Shown in pieces: positions 10,198 through 20,396 of a stretch of DNA of 23,781 nucleotides. Source of the stretch: Octopus sinensis (Eukaryota). Position 1 is the stretch's first letter; every line of letters starts with the position of its first letter. Where the stretch lies: NCBI RefSeq assembly GCF_006345805.1, contig NW_021836463.1, positions 1 to 23,781 on the forward strand, given 5' to 3'. The notes under the pieces are model-generated. The model saw only the letters and a list, made by a program, of their open reading frames with translations. It was not told where the DNA came from and did no database searches. Position numbers and translations under genes: made by a program.

Positions 10198-10411
10198 TTG
10201 ATTTCAAATTTTAGCACAAGGCCAGTAAGTTCAGGGGATTAGGTAAGTCGATAACATCGACCCGAGTGTCCAACTGGTACTTATTTTAACGACCCCGAAA
10301 GGATAAAAGGCAAAGTCGACCTCAGCGGAATTTGAACCCAGAACGTAAAGACTGACGAAATACCACTAAGCATTTCGCCCGGCGTGTTAACGTTTCTGCC
10401 AGCTCACCACC
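10198..10411 (-). mobile_element. SINE family A monomer
   Basis: Full head, B box, body and tail. Confidence 0.85.
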
Positions 10412-10432
10412 TTAGTTAAACTATACATATTC

Positions 10433-10817
10433 TTTTCTACTCTAGGAACAAGGTCTGAAATTTTGAGGGAGGTGTCCAGTCGATTAGATCGACTCCAGTA
10501 CGCAACTGGTACTTAATTTATCCACCCCGGAAGGACAAAAAGCAAAGTCGACGGAACTTGAACTCACAACGTAAAGATAGACGAAATACCTATTTCTTTA
10601 CTACCCACAAGGGGCTAAACACAGAGAGGACAACAGGGACAGATAAACGGATTAAGTCGATTATATCGACCCCAGTGCGTAACTGGTACTTAATTTATCG
10701 ACCCCGAAAGGATGAAAGGCAAAGTCGACCTCGGCGGAATTTGAACACAGAACGTAACGGCAGACGAAATACCGCTAAGCATTTCGCCCGGCGTGCTAAC
10801 GTTTCTGCCAGCTCGCC
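10433..10817 (-). mobile_element. SINE family A dimer
   Basis: Same architecture as 8784-9172 in the opposite orientation; junction GAAATACC at 10583-10590. Confidence 0.85.
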
Positions 10818-11039
10818 GTCCTTCATACCTGACGTCCATCCACCCGACGTATACTGGACTTGTTAAGGCCGATAGCATTTGTGTGTCGATAAAGATAAGA
10901 TGGCGTTTATGTTATTGTGGTCAATGCCTATTCGGAGAGGAGGGAGTTCATCTGGACATCGGTCAGAGTCCTAAAGGTCAGAGAACCCATGAATATCAGG
11001 ACGGGTGCTTCCACCAGAAAAAACAAAAAGCAAATATAA

Positions 11040-11358
11040 AAAGATTATTGGCCATCATAATATTGCAGTCCTGGTTTAGGACGAATGTTGCTGTAATTTA
11101 GCCCCAGGAGACATCGTTTCCAGCTGACTATACGATACGATCTCTGTCCTTATATTTTCGAACAAGAGAATCTAGCACCCCCACTCAGCTCAAAACAATA
11201 TCTGTGCTAGGTTCCCTTGTTCCCTTGTTCACTTGTTCTAAAATATAAGGACACAGATCGTGTCGTATAGCCAGCTGGAGAGGATGTCTCCTGTGGCTAA
11301 ATTACAGCAACATTCGTCCTAAACCAGGACTGCCATGTTATGTTGGCAAACAATCTTT
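11040..11358. mobile_element. Fold-back element / MITE with ~100-125-bp inverted arms
   Basis: 11065-11166 and 11232-11333 are imperfect reverse complements (e.g. gcagtcctggtttaggacgaatgttgctgtaatttagcc versus ggctaaattacagcaacattcgtcctaaaccaggactgc), with weaker pairing extending ~25 bp outward. No coding capacity; TSD not established. Confidence 0.7.
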
Positions 11359-11602
11359 ACTCCAAAATACTGTTGCTGAATATCTCTCGTTGTGACACTT
11401 AAAACTAGTAATTTCCAAATATAAAAAGCTCTAATATTCCTTGTCCCTCGAGTCACGAAAGTAATTTTGTTCCACCTTGTGGTGGTGACGATACAGTTCC
11501 AATCAAAAACTAAATGTTAGTTAGTTAGTTAGTTAGTTAATTGGCTCAAAAGCAAATAGCAAGGCCATGTAGGGGGACATGGAGTTAAGTACAGGGTGGT
11601 GT

Positions 11603-13117
11603 TCATGTAAAGAGTTCAGGCCACCTGAGGTCTAGGGAGGCTTTGAACAAAGCGGTCGTCGGCATCTTCACCATCTCGTCTGGCAGCTTGTTCCACGGAT
11701 CCGCAACCCGGACGGAGAAAGCTCCTCTCCTTCGATTGAGATGAAATCGTCGCAGGTAGAGCTTTTCGGAATGACCCCGCAGCCGACGCTCTGGAGCAGG
11801 AGTGAAGAACAGCTCTTTCGAGAGGTTACACTTTCCGCTTATGATGTTGTGGGCGAGAAAGAGATCACCACGGCGGCGGCGTTTTTCAAGAGAATAAAGG
11901 TCGAGCGTCCTCAGCCTTTCATCGTAGGACAAATTTTTGAGACCATGAACCATGCGGGTAGCCAGCTTCTGGACTCTTTCGAGATACTGTATGTCTTTGA
12001 GGAGATAAGGAGAAGAGGCTTGAATCCCATACTCCAATATGGGTCTCACCAGTGTGACATAGAGTGGTAGGAATATGGCTGCTGTGAGCATTCCGAATGA
12101 CCGTCGAATCAAGAACAGAATTCCGCGTGCTTTGTTGGCAGCATGGACGCACTGGGCTGAAGGCGAAAAGGAGGAATCCACCAAGATACCCAGGTCCTTT
12201 ACCTGATCGGTCCTCTCCAGCAGCAGACGACCCGGCTCGAAATCAAGTTGAGTTGCAGGAGTAGAGCCGACAGGCAGATGACAGCACTTTGACACGTTCA
12301 GACACAGGTCCCAATCGTTAGACCACTTCCAAATTTGGTGGAGGCATCGACGAAGATCCTCTATATTACCGCGAGGAGCGACCAGTTTGATATCGTCGGC
12401 AAATAGAAGGGTGTGTTGCGTGAGGTCGACGGGCAAGTCATTTATGAAGACTAAGAACAACAAGGGCCCAAGCACTGAACCTTGAGGCACGCCACTGCTC
12501 GCACTGGGTACGTCGGACCGCGAACCATTAACTTGGACTTGGAAGGAGCGATCTGAGAGGAAGGCACCAACCCATCGTACAATATCCGGATGGAAACTAT
12601 ATGCTTGAAGCTTGACAAGTAATAGGCGGTGGTTTACCGAGTCAAAAGCTTTGGCAAAGTCCAATAAAACGATGTCAACACCATCACTATCATCGAGGAT
12701 GCGCGTCACCAATTCTTCTATTACTAGTAAGTTGGTCAAGCATGATCTCTTCGGCACGAAGCCGTGTTGGGAATCAGAGATAGAGGCTGTGTTTAGGAGG
12801 TGGAGCATCATACTTTTCTTAAGGATGGTTTCGAACATCTTGCTGATTATTGATGTAAGGGAAACTGGTCGGTAGTTAAGCGGGTCTTCGCGGCTCCCTT
12901 TCTTGAAAATTGGGCAGATTATCGCTGTTCTCCAGTCTGCAGGTATAACACCCGTCGCCAATGACATATTGAAAAGTCGTGTTAAGGGCTCGCAGATGAC
13001 CGGAGCCAACGCTTTGATAACCCGTGGGTGTATGCCGTCAGGGCCGTGACCCTTGTTGACATCGAGGCCTTGAATAACACGTTTGACTTCGTCCCGCGTG
13101 ATGACCAATCGAAGCAT
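11603..13117 (-). CDS. LINE ORF2 reverse transcriptase domain and C-terminus (504 aa open frame)
   Basis: Motifs GPDGIHP, YRPVSLTS, QHGF, DFAKAFD, GVPQGSVLGPLLF, FADD, LGI, RPILEY, LERVQK..TR. The start Met is internal to ORF2. Confidence 0.92.
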   Translation of the reverse strand: MLRLVITRDEVKRVIQGLDVNKGHGPDGIHPRVIKALAPVICEPLTRLFNMSLATGVIPADWRTAIICPIFKKGSREDPLNYRPVSLTSIISKMFETILKKSMMLHLLNTASISDSQHGFVPKRSCLTNLLVIEELVTRILDDSDGVDIVLLDFAKAFDSVNHRLLLVKLQAYSFHPDIVRWVGAFLSDRSFQVQVNGSRSDVPSASSGVPQGSVLGPLLFLVFINDLPVDLTQHTLLFADDIKLVAPRGNIEDLRRCLHQIWKWSNDWDLCLNVSKCCHLPVGSTPATQLDFEPGRLLLERTDQVKDLGILVDSSFSPSAQCVHAANKARGILFLIRRSFGMLTAAIFLPLYVTLVRPILEYGIQASSPYLLKDIQYLERVQKLATRMVHGLKNLSYDERLRTLDLYSLEKRRRRGDLFLAHNIISGKCNLSKELFFTPAPERRLRGHSEKLYLRRFHLNRRRGAFSVRVADPWNKLPDEMVKMPTTALFKASLDLRWPELFT

Positions 13118-13887
13118 TGGAGGTACCGATCTAACAAATGGAGGGGGTCACTACCATCATCTTGTTTGAAAATAGTTAAAAAAGCCTCGGCAAATAACTG
13201 ACTCTGTTGATAAGGGTCCTCAATCGATACGCCTGTTGAGTCCACCAACGTTGCAATCTGGTTGTTCAAGCGGGAATTCCGCTGGACATGGGCAAAGAAG
13301 GTTTTTGGATTGCTACTGGCATTTGCCGCGATTTTGTATTCATAACTGAAGCGTTCTTTCTTTTCAATTTTCACGGCTCGGTCTCGTTGAGTTTTGTACA
13401 CCTCAAAAGCTGCAGTCGAATCCAGGTTTTTGAATTCAGCCCAAGCAATATCTCTGAGTCGACGTTCTCGTTTAACCTTCTTCGTCACCCAGGGCTTGTG
13501 TTTCTTCCTCTTGGGAAGCCCAACGGGAACTGCCTGGTCAGTCAAACAGATTACATATCCTTTGAAGGATGACCATAGTTCGTCAACTGAGGACAACGTC
13601 ATCAGGGATCGCCAGTCCAGAAGCGCGGAAGCCTCGGTTAGAATTTCAAGATTAATTGCAGAGAAGACTCTACGTGGCAGCGAAGTAGTCGTGGGCGTAG
13701 AAAAAGTTGTGTGCATGACGAACTTCAGGACCGCATGATCACTCTTGGCAAGAGGGGCGCACACATATACGTCTGACACTGATCTTGGATAGCGGGAGAA
13801 TACCAGATCTAGCATAGATGGCTGCTGCCCAGACCGATGCCATGTCGGATATTCAACATGTTGCGATAGAAAACAATCTTCAGCCAC
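13118..13887 (-). pseudogene. ORF2 AP-endonuclease C-terminal part and linker, one frameshift upstream of RT
   Basis: FLSQHV..PT...MLDLVF...PLAKSDHAVL (APE LDL and SDH motifs), KPW linker, NPKTFF motif. The frame is broken by one missing base at the G5 run 13143-13147. Confidence 0.88.
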
Positions 13888-13967
13888 GTTGGCGATGTAG
13901 GGTAGATGCTTCGGGTGTTACGACTAATTTATGGTACACACCACTTCCAGTATAATCAATACAGCGT

Positions 13968-14035
13968 AGGGCTGCGAGCTGGCAGAATCGTTAGCACCGG
14001 ATGAAAAGATTAGTGTCATTTTGTCCGTTTTTATG
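13968..14035 (+). mobile_element. SINE family A 5' fragment
   Basis: ggctgcgagctggcagaatcgttagcaccggatgaaa matches the family head. Confidence 0.6.
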
Positions 14036-14159
14036 TTCTAATGAGACAGTTCAAGTCGAACGGACATCCGTTTTCCATCGAAGGGATTTTTAGCGTAATA
14101 TTTACGCCATATTACATTTAGGTTGCTCTACTTTAAGTTTCACTCCTAAAAAACGATTT

Positions 14160-14161
<2 letters not shown>

Positions 14162-14218
<57 letters not shown>

Positions 14219-14372
14219 TATCACAACTTGGTAACCGAGGTTGGTTTGTTTACGTCACTGAAACTAGCAGTTGGACAAAAAAGGTTCGACGAAGTAAGTC
14301 CTGGGTTCAAATTGATGGACTAAGATCTTCAGAATGGTTCTCCGGCGTGGCCGCACTCCGATAACAGAAAAT
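14162..14372 (+). mobile_element. (TG)n plus degenerate SINE family B tail
   Basis: cttggtaaccgaggttggtttgtttacgtc...aagtcctgggttcaaattg...ggcgtggccgca aligns loosely with the tails at 4650-4830 and 8650-8790. Confidence 0.55.
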
Positions 14373-14734
14373 AAATAAAGAATACACACACACACACACA
14401 TACATACATTCGTTTACATATGTATATTTAGATTTACTTGTGCCTAACACATACACATCTCTACATAGTAACCAATTATCATATCTCGAAGAGTCACTCC
14501 TATGGAGACATTCATAAAACACACACACTCACACGTATACAGATACAAACACACAAACGTATGTACATATATACACATATACATACATTCAGTGAAGCAA
14601 GTACGTTTGGAGAAGGTCACGCACGTTTTTTTTTTAGGAAGTGAAAAATCACTGATGAGGAAAATGTGTCATAGAAATTCACCACACACACATACACACA
14701 CACGCCCGCCCGCACATACACACACACGCACATG

Positions 14735-14765
<31 letters not shown>

Positions 14766-14880
14766 ACACACACACACGAACACGCACATGCATACACACA
14801 TATAAAACCAATCAGAAAATGTCATTAATATGATGACATACCGTAAAAATGTCAATAACCACCACTTGCTATGTATACGC

Positions 14881-14920
<40 letters not shown>

Positions 14921-14946
14921 ATGTATTTGTAGGTAGGTAGAGAGTT

Positions 14947-16437
14947 ATGTATGTATGTATGTATGTATGTATGTATGTATGTATGTATGTATGTATGTGT
15001 GTATGTATGTATGTATGTATGTATGTATGTATGTATGTATGTATCTGTGTATGTATGTATGTATGTATGTGTGTATGTATGTATGTATGTATGTATGTAT
15101 GTATGTATGTATGTATGTATCTGTGTATGTGTATGTATGTATGTATGTGTGTGTATGTATGTAGTATGTATGTATGTATGTATGTATGTATGTATGTATT
15201 TATGTATGTATGTGTTGTATGTATGTATGTATGTATGTGTGTATGTATGTATGTATGTATGTATGTATCTGTGTATGTATGTATTATGTATGTATGTGTG
15301 TATGTATGTATGTTGTATGTATGTATGTATTTATGTATCTGTGTATGTATGTATGTATGTATGTGTGTATGTAGTATGTATGTATGTGTATGTATGTATG
15401 TATGTATGTATGTAATGTATGTATGTTGTGTATGTATGTGTATGTATGTATGTGTGTATGTATGTATGTATGTATGTATGTGTGTATGTTATGTATGTGT
15501 GTGTATGTATGTGTGTATGTATGTATGTATGTGTATGTATGTATGTATGTATGTATGGTATGTATGTATGTATCTGTGTATGTATGTATGTATGTATGTG
15601 TGTATGTATGTATGTATGTATGTATGTATGTATTGTATGTATGTATGTATGTATGTATGTATGTATGTATGTATCTGTGTATGTATGTATGTATGTATGT
15701 GTGTATGTATGTATGTATGTATGTATGTATGTATGTGTGTATGTATGTATGTATGTATGTATGTATGTATGTATGTATGTATCTGTGTATGTATGTATGT
15801 ATGTATGTATGTGTGTATGTATGTATGTATGTGTGTATGTATGCGTGTATGTATGTATGTATGTGTATGTATGTATGTATGTATGTATGTATGTATGTAT
15901 GTATGTATCTGTGTATGTATGTATGTATGTATGTGTGTATGTATGTATGTATGTATGTGTGTATGTATGTATGTATGTATGTATGTATGTATGTATGTGT
16001 GTATGTATGTATGTATGTATCTGTGTATGTATGTATGTATGTATCTGTGTATGTATGTATGTATGTATGTATGTGTGTATGTATGTATGTATGTATGTAT
16101 GTATGTGTGTATGTATGTATGTATGTATGTATGTATGTATCTGTGTATGTATGTATGTATGTATGTATGTGTGTATGTATGTATGTATGTATGTGTGTAT
16201 GTATGCGTGTATGTATGTATGTATGTATGTATGTATGTATGTATGTATGTGTGTATGTATGTATGTATGTATGTATGTATGTATGTATGTGTGTATGTAT
16301 GTATGTATGTATGTATGTATGTATCTGTGTATGTATGTATGTATGTGTGTATGTATGTATGGATGGATGGATGTATGCATGAATGTATGTATGTATGTAT
16401 GTATGTGTGTATGTATGTATGTATGTATGTATGTACG

Positions 16438-16468
<31 letters not shown>

Positions 16469-16699
16469 TGTATGTATGTATGTATGTGTGTATGTATGTA
16501 TGTATGTATGTATGTATGTATGTATGTATCTTTGTATGTATGTATGTATGTATGTATGTATGCGTGTATGTATGTATGTATGTATGTGTGTATGTATGCG
16601 TGTATGTATGTATGTATGTATGTGTGTATGTATGTATGTATGTATGTATGTATTTATGTATGTATGTGTGTATGTATGTATGTATGGTGTGTATGTATG

Positions 16700-16731
<32 letters not shown>

Positions 16732-17159
16732 TGTTGTGTGTATGTATGTATGTATGTTGGATGGATGGATGTATGCATGAATGTATGTATGTATGTATGT
16801 ATGTATGTATGTTGTATGTATTATGTATGTATGTATGTATGTATCTATGTATGTATGTGTGTATGTATGTATGTATGTATGTATGTATGCGTGTATGTAT
16901 GTATGTATGTGTGTATGTATGTATGTGTATGTATGTATGTATGTATGTATGTATGTATGCGTGTATGTATGTATGTATGTATGTATGCGTGTATGTATGT
17001 ATGTGTGTATGTATGTATTTATGTATGTATGTATGTATTTATGTATGTACGTATGTATCTATGCATGTATGTATGTATGTGTGTATGTATGTATGCGTGT
17101 ATGTGTGTATGTATGTATGTATGTATGTATGTATGTATGTATGTATGTATGTATGTATG
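14947..17159. repeat. ~2.2-kb degenerate (ATGT)n microsatellite array
   Basis: Direct; interrupted by GT, ATCT, GCGT and GGAT variants. Confidence 0.98.
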
Positions 17160-17596
17160 CGGAAAAATAAAGCTTCATTCAGGAAACAAAAATGGCGGAA
17201 AACAAAGAAAACCCGGATGAGGTTGTAACTGTCGAAGATGTTGTTTGACAGGTAACAGATTTGTGTGAATTCACTAATTAGAAACGCTCAAAAAATACGA
17301 AGACAGAAAAGTATTAAGGAAAAGAAATGAAAAAGCTTTCCACTCTAAAGAAAGATATTCGAGCGATAGTTTTATAGCGTAAAAGTATTAAAATCCACAG
17401 ACATTGCTAAACATCTTAAAAGCTTTTTTTCCTTGTTGGTTCTGTTTAAATCTTGTGATTTATATTTCCACATCTCTCAATAAATTGACATTTTAAAGAA
17501 ATCCTTTAACATTTATCACATGTAACTTTATTCTGCTCTTCTTTCTCTTTTGTTCGTTGAATTTTTAAAATTGTTTTCTTCTCATTTTATATTTAA

Positions 17597-17988
17597 CTAG
17601 CAGTATCGCCCGGCGTTGCTCGGGTTTGTAAGGGAAATAACTATATAAGCATTTTTAGAGATGTAAATTATAATAGCCATCTCAATATGGCTAACCAAAA
17701 AAGGGGGTGTTACTGTAGCTTTTTACGTTCTGAGATTTTATAATAAATTTTTAGAGAGTTACTTCCCTTATATATGCCAAAAATGCATTAAAAATGGGAA
17801 AAATTGATGGTAATTTTTTTTTTAAATCGTAGACTCATCGTCGACGTGCGCTAATACCCAGAAGGGCTCGATATGAATCACGACTATAAGATACCCGGTT
17901 TGGGTTAAACTGCACCGCAAAATGTGGGAGTAGTTAGGAATGTAAATCGTAGGAGAGAGACACACAACTTCTCTTTTATATATAAAGA
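17597..17988 (-). mobile_element. Non-autonomous Helitron
   Basis: Minus strand: A|TC 5' end (TCTTTATATATAAAAG at 17988), GC-rich hairpin CCCGAGCAACGCCGGG (17609-17624) 8 nt before the terminal CTAG|T (17597-17600). These are the canonical Helitron hallmarks, including the A|T target. Confidence 0.8.
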
Positions 17989-18198
17989 TTTCATTTATAT
18001 ATTTGTTTATTCATTTATTTGGTATTATCTCTCGCTCATTACGTTTACTCCAATATGATGCCGTCTACACGCGCAAGAACTCAAGTTTCACTAATATTAA
18101 ACTAGCTAAGGGAAATAACTGAAATACACTCATGGTATGACTCTCTATTAATAAGTTAAAAGGTGATTGCGTGAAGACCATATGTAACAAACTCTTAA

Positions 18199-18507
18199 TC
18201 TCTCTATATATAAACGGCAAAATGTCTGTGTGTGTGTGTGTGTTGTGTGTGTGTGTGTCCTTTATACAAATCCACAATTTTTCATTTAGAGGGCTCGCAC
18301 TTTCTATGGTCATTCAAAACCGTCCAAGGGTGGTCGTGCACATCTTTACATTTCCCCAGTCACCCCGCAAAGCCATTAAAAAATCAATAGAAGTGACAAT
18401 TTTGTGAATTTTCTATCCAAAACCTAATCAAAATGCCCGAAACTTGATACGCTAATTGAATGCCAGCTCGTTGCATGTGACTGGTCGGAGATTTGTCATA
18501 GTGCTAG
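18199..18507 (+). mobile_element. Non-autonomous Helitron (second family)
   Basis: A|TCTCTCTATATATAAA 5' end, internal (TG)n, weak terminal hairpin (tgac...gtca), CTAG|T 3' end. Confidence 0.6.
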
Positions 18508-18787
18508 TCTACTATAATTTATTTGTTAGTTAGAGAAAGATCAAAACAAACAACAAAGAAACAACAGCAGCTATTGGCAACTCTAAATAAAAAGGGGAGA
18601 TAATTACGAGAAAATATAAGTCTATCAAATTCACATTGCATACTGAATGAAAGATTTGATTCTTCGTTTGCAAATAAAAGATAACTACTAACATGTATCC
18701 ACCTTATTAGCTTAATCTACCCACACCAGTCTGATCCGTCCAATAAGAGATTAAAATATAAAAAAAGAAATGATAAAATTTATGGCC

Positions 18788-19045
18788 AGTGGAAGCACTC
18801 CGTCGGTTACGACGATGAGGGTTCCGGTTGATCCGATCAACGGAACAGCCTGCTCGTGAAATTAACGTGTAAGTGGCTGAGCACTCCACAGACACGTGTA
18901 CCCTTAACGTAGTTATCGGGGATATTCAGCGTGACACAGAGTAACAAGGCCGGCCCTTTGAAATACAGGTACAACAGAAACAGGAAGTAAGGGTGAGAGA
19001 AAGTTGTGGTGAAAGAGTACAGCAGGGATCACCACCATCCCCTGA
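18788..19045 (-). mobile_element. SINE family C fragment (Deu/Nin-domain-like central region), head missing
   Basis: Minus-strand tacgttaagggtacacgtgtctgtggagtgctcagccacttacacgttaatttcacgagcaggctgttccgttgatcggatcaac resembles, from my recollection, an abundant octopus SINE domain. Family name and orientation need Dfam/Repbase confirmation. Confidence 0.55.
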
Positions 19046-19146
19046 AACTATCAGGAGATACGGAAATTCCATTTAATGTTATTCTAGAAGTAACAGTACA
19101 AAAAAAATCAATTTAAAGACTCCAAGTGCATTTTCAACTTTTTTAC

Positions 19147-19268
<122 letters not shown>

Positions 19269-19625
19269 TGTACAGAGCGTCACCAACTGTGTAAACAACA
19301 TGAGGTGCGAAAACAAATGAGTTGAATACGCAATCAACGAGAGAAACAAATGGAAAACAGAACAAGTAACATAAAGAACGACCCTTCATCAGTTGTCGGC
19401 TGCCTATCTACACTTCATTTCGAGTATTCAACGACAATATGAGTATTCGAAGACAGATGCTCCCATTACTACAAAGATAAGATTTTGGGTTTATGGAGGG
19501 TGAAAGTTGGAAACAAAAACAGGACGGTGGAGATAGACAAGGAAACCGAATGAAAACAAACATGCAGGGTCGTTAGACCAGAACGAAAGGATACAGGCAT
19601 ATGTATGCATGTGTCGTACGTATTT

Positions 19626-19936
<311 letters not shown>

Positions 19937-19984
19937 CATCAATAGATATCTACATGCATACATATATACATACATACAAACATA

Positions 19985-20396
19985 GTGAAGACCTCAATAA
20001 AATGTAAACGCAACAGACCTGATATAATGATTTGGGATTAAAAAGAAAAACTGCACATTTGTGGAAATTAGCTGCTCTGCGGATATTAATATAAAGCTGA
20101 AGAACAGTGAAAAAGAGAACACCTACGCTGAACTATTGCAAAATCTACAGTTACTCTACCCAGATTACAAGTTCAGGTTTATACCTGTAATCATCGGGGC
20201 CCCAGATATGTAACACACTGCCTTAATAGCAATCTTAAGAAATTAGGCTTCTCAAAAGCAGAAAAGAGAAAGCTAATTCAAAGACTACAGATCCAATCCA
20301 TCGCTGGAACTGTAAATATCTGTAAAACTTTCCAGAAGTTTGAGCGTGTCTAGATATGTAACTACATGCATGAGAATACGGGCATAAAACATACAA
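19985..20396 (+). mobile_element. 3' end of an R4/Dong-like REL-endonuclease LINE, 5'-truncated and degenerate; not in the ORF track
   Basis: Manual translation KTSIKCKRNRPDIMIWD*KEK /frameshift/ CTFVEISCSADINIKLKNSEKENTYAELLQNLQLLYPDYKFRFIPVIIGA /frameshift/ RYVTHCLNSNLKKLGFSKAEKRKLIQRLQIQSIAGTVNICKTFQKFERV* (stop 20351-20353). RPD..E..EK..Y..IPVIIGA is the PD-(D/E)xK-type REL pattern. Confidence 0.78.

Larger units (their letters stand above)
11516..13900 (-). mobile_element. 5'-truncated CR1-group LINE with (TAAC)n 3' tail
   Basis: ORF2 remnant 13887-11603, short 3' UTR, and tail (GTTA)n on + at 11516-11539. Short tandem tails are typical of CR1/L2-group LINEs. Visibly more GC-rich than its flanks. 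Confidence 0.9.

Noticed and set aside
11741-13738. Plus-strand ORFs overlapping the LINE
   Set aside because: Antisense shadows of the RT/APE coding sequence.
13890-13930. Target-site duplication for the CR1 insertion
   Set aside because: Only a loose ACTAAAT/ACTAATT similarity; the 5' boundary is uncertain.
14645-14670. CTGATGAGGAAA hammerhead-like string
   Set aside because: No room for stem II and no stems I or III.
14947-17228. Long ORFs (up to 757 aa) of MYVC/HTYI repeats, and similar YI/CV/HT/LSIY ORFs elsewhere
   Set aside because: Stop-free frames arise trivially from (ATGT)n, (TA)n, (TG)n and (GATA)n repeats.
19370-19430. Minus-strand CTGATGAAGGG resembling a Penelope hammerhead core
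   Set aside because: No downstream CCC-GAAA partner, and the upstream GAAA lacks a stem III and NUH site. At most a degenerate relic.
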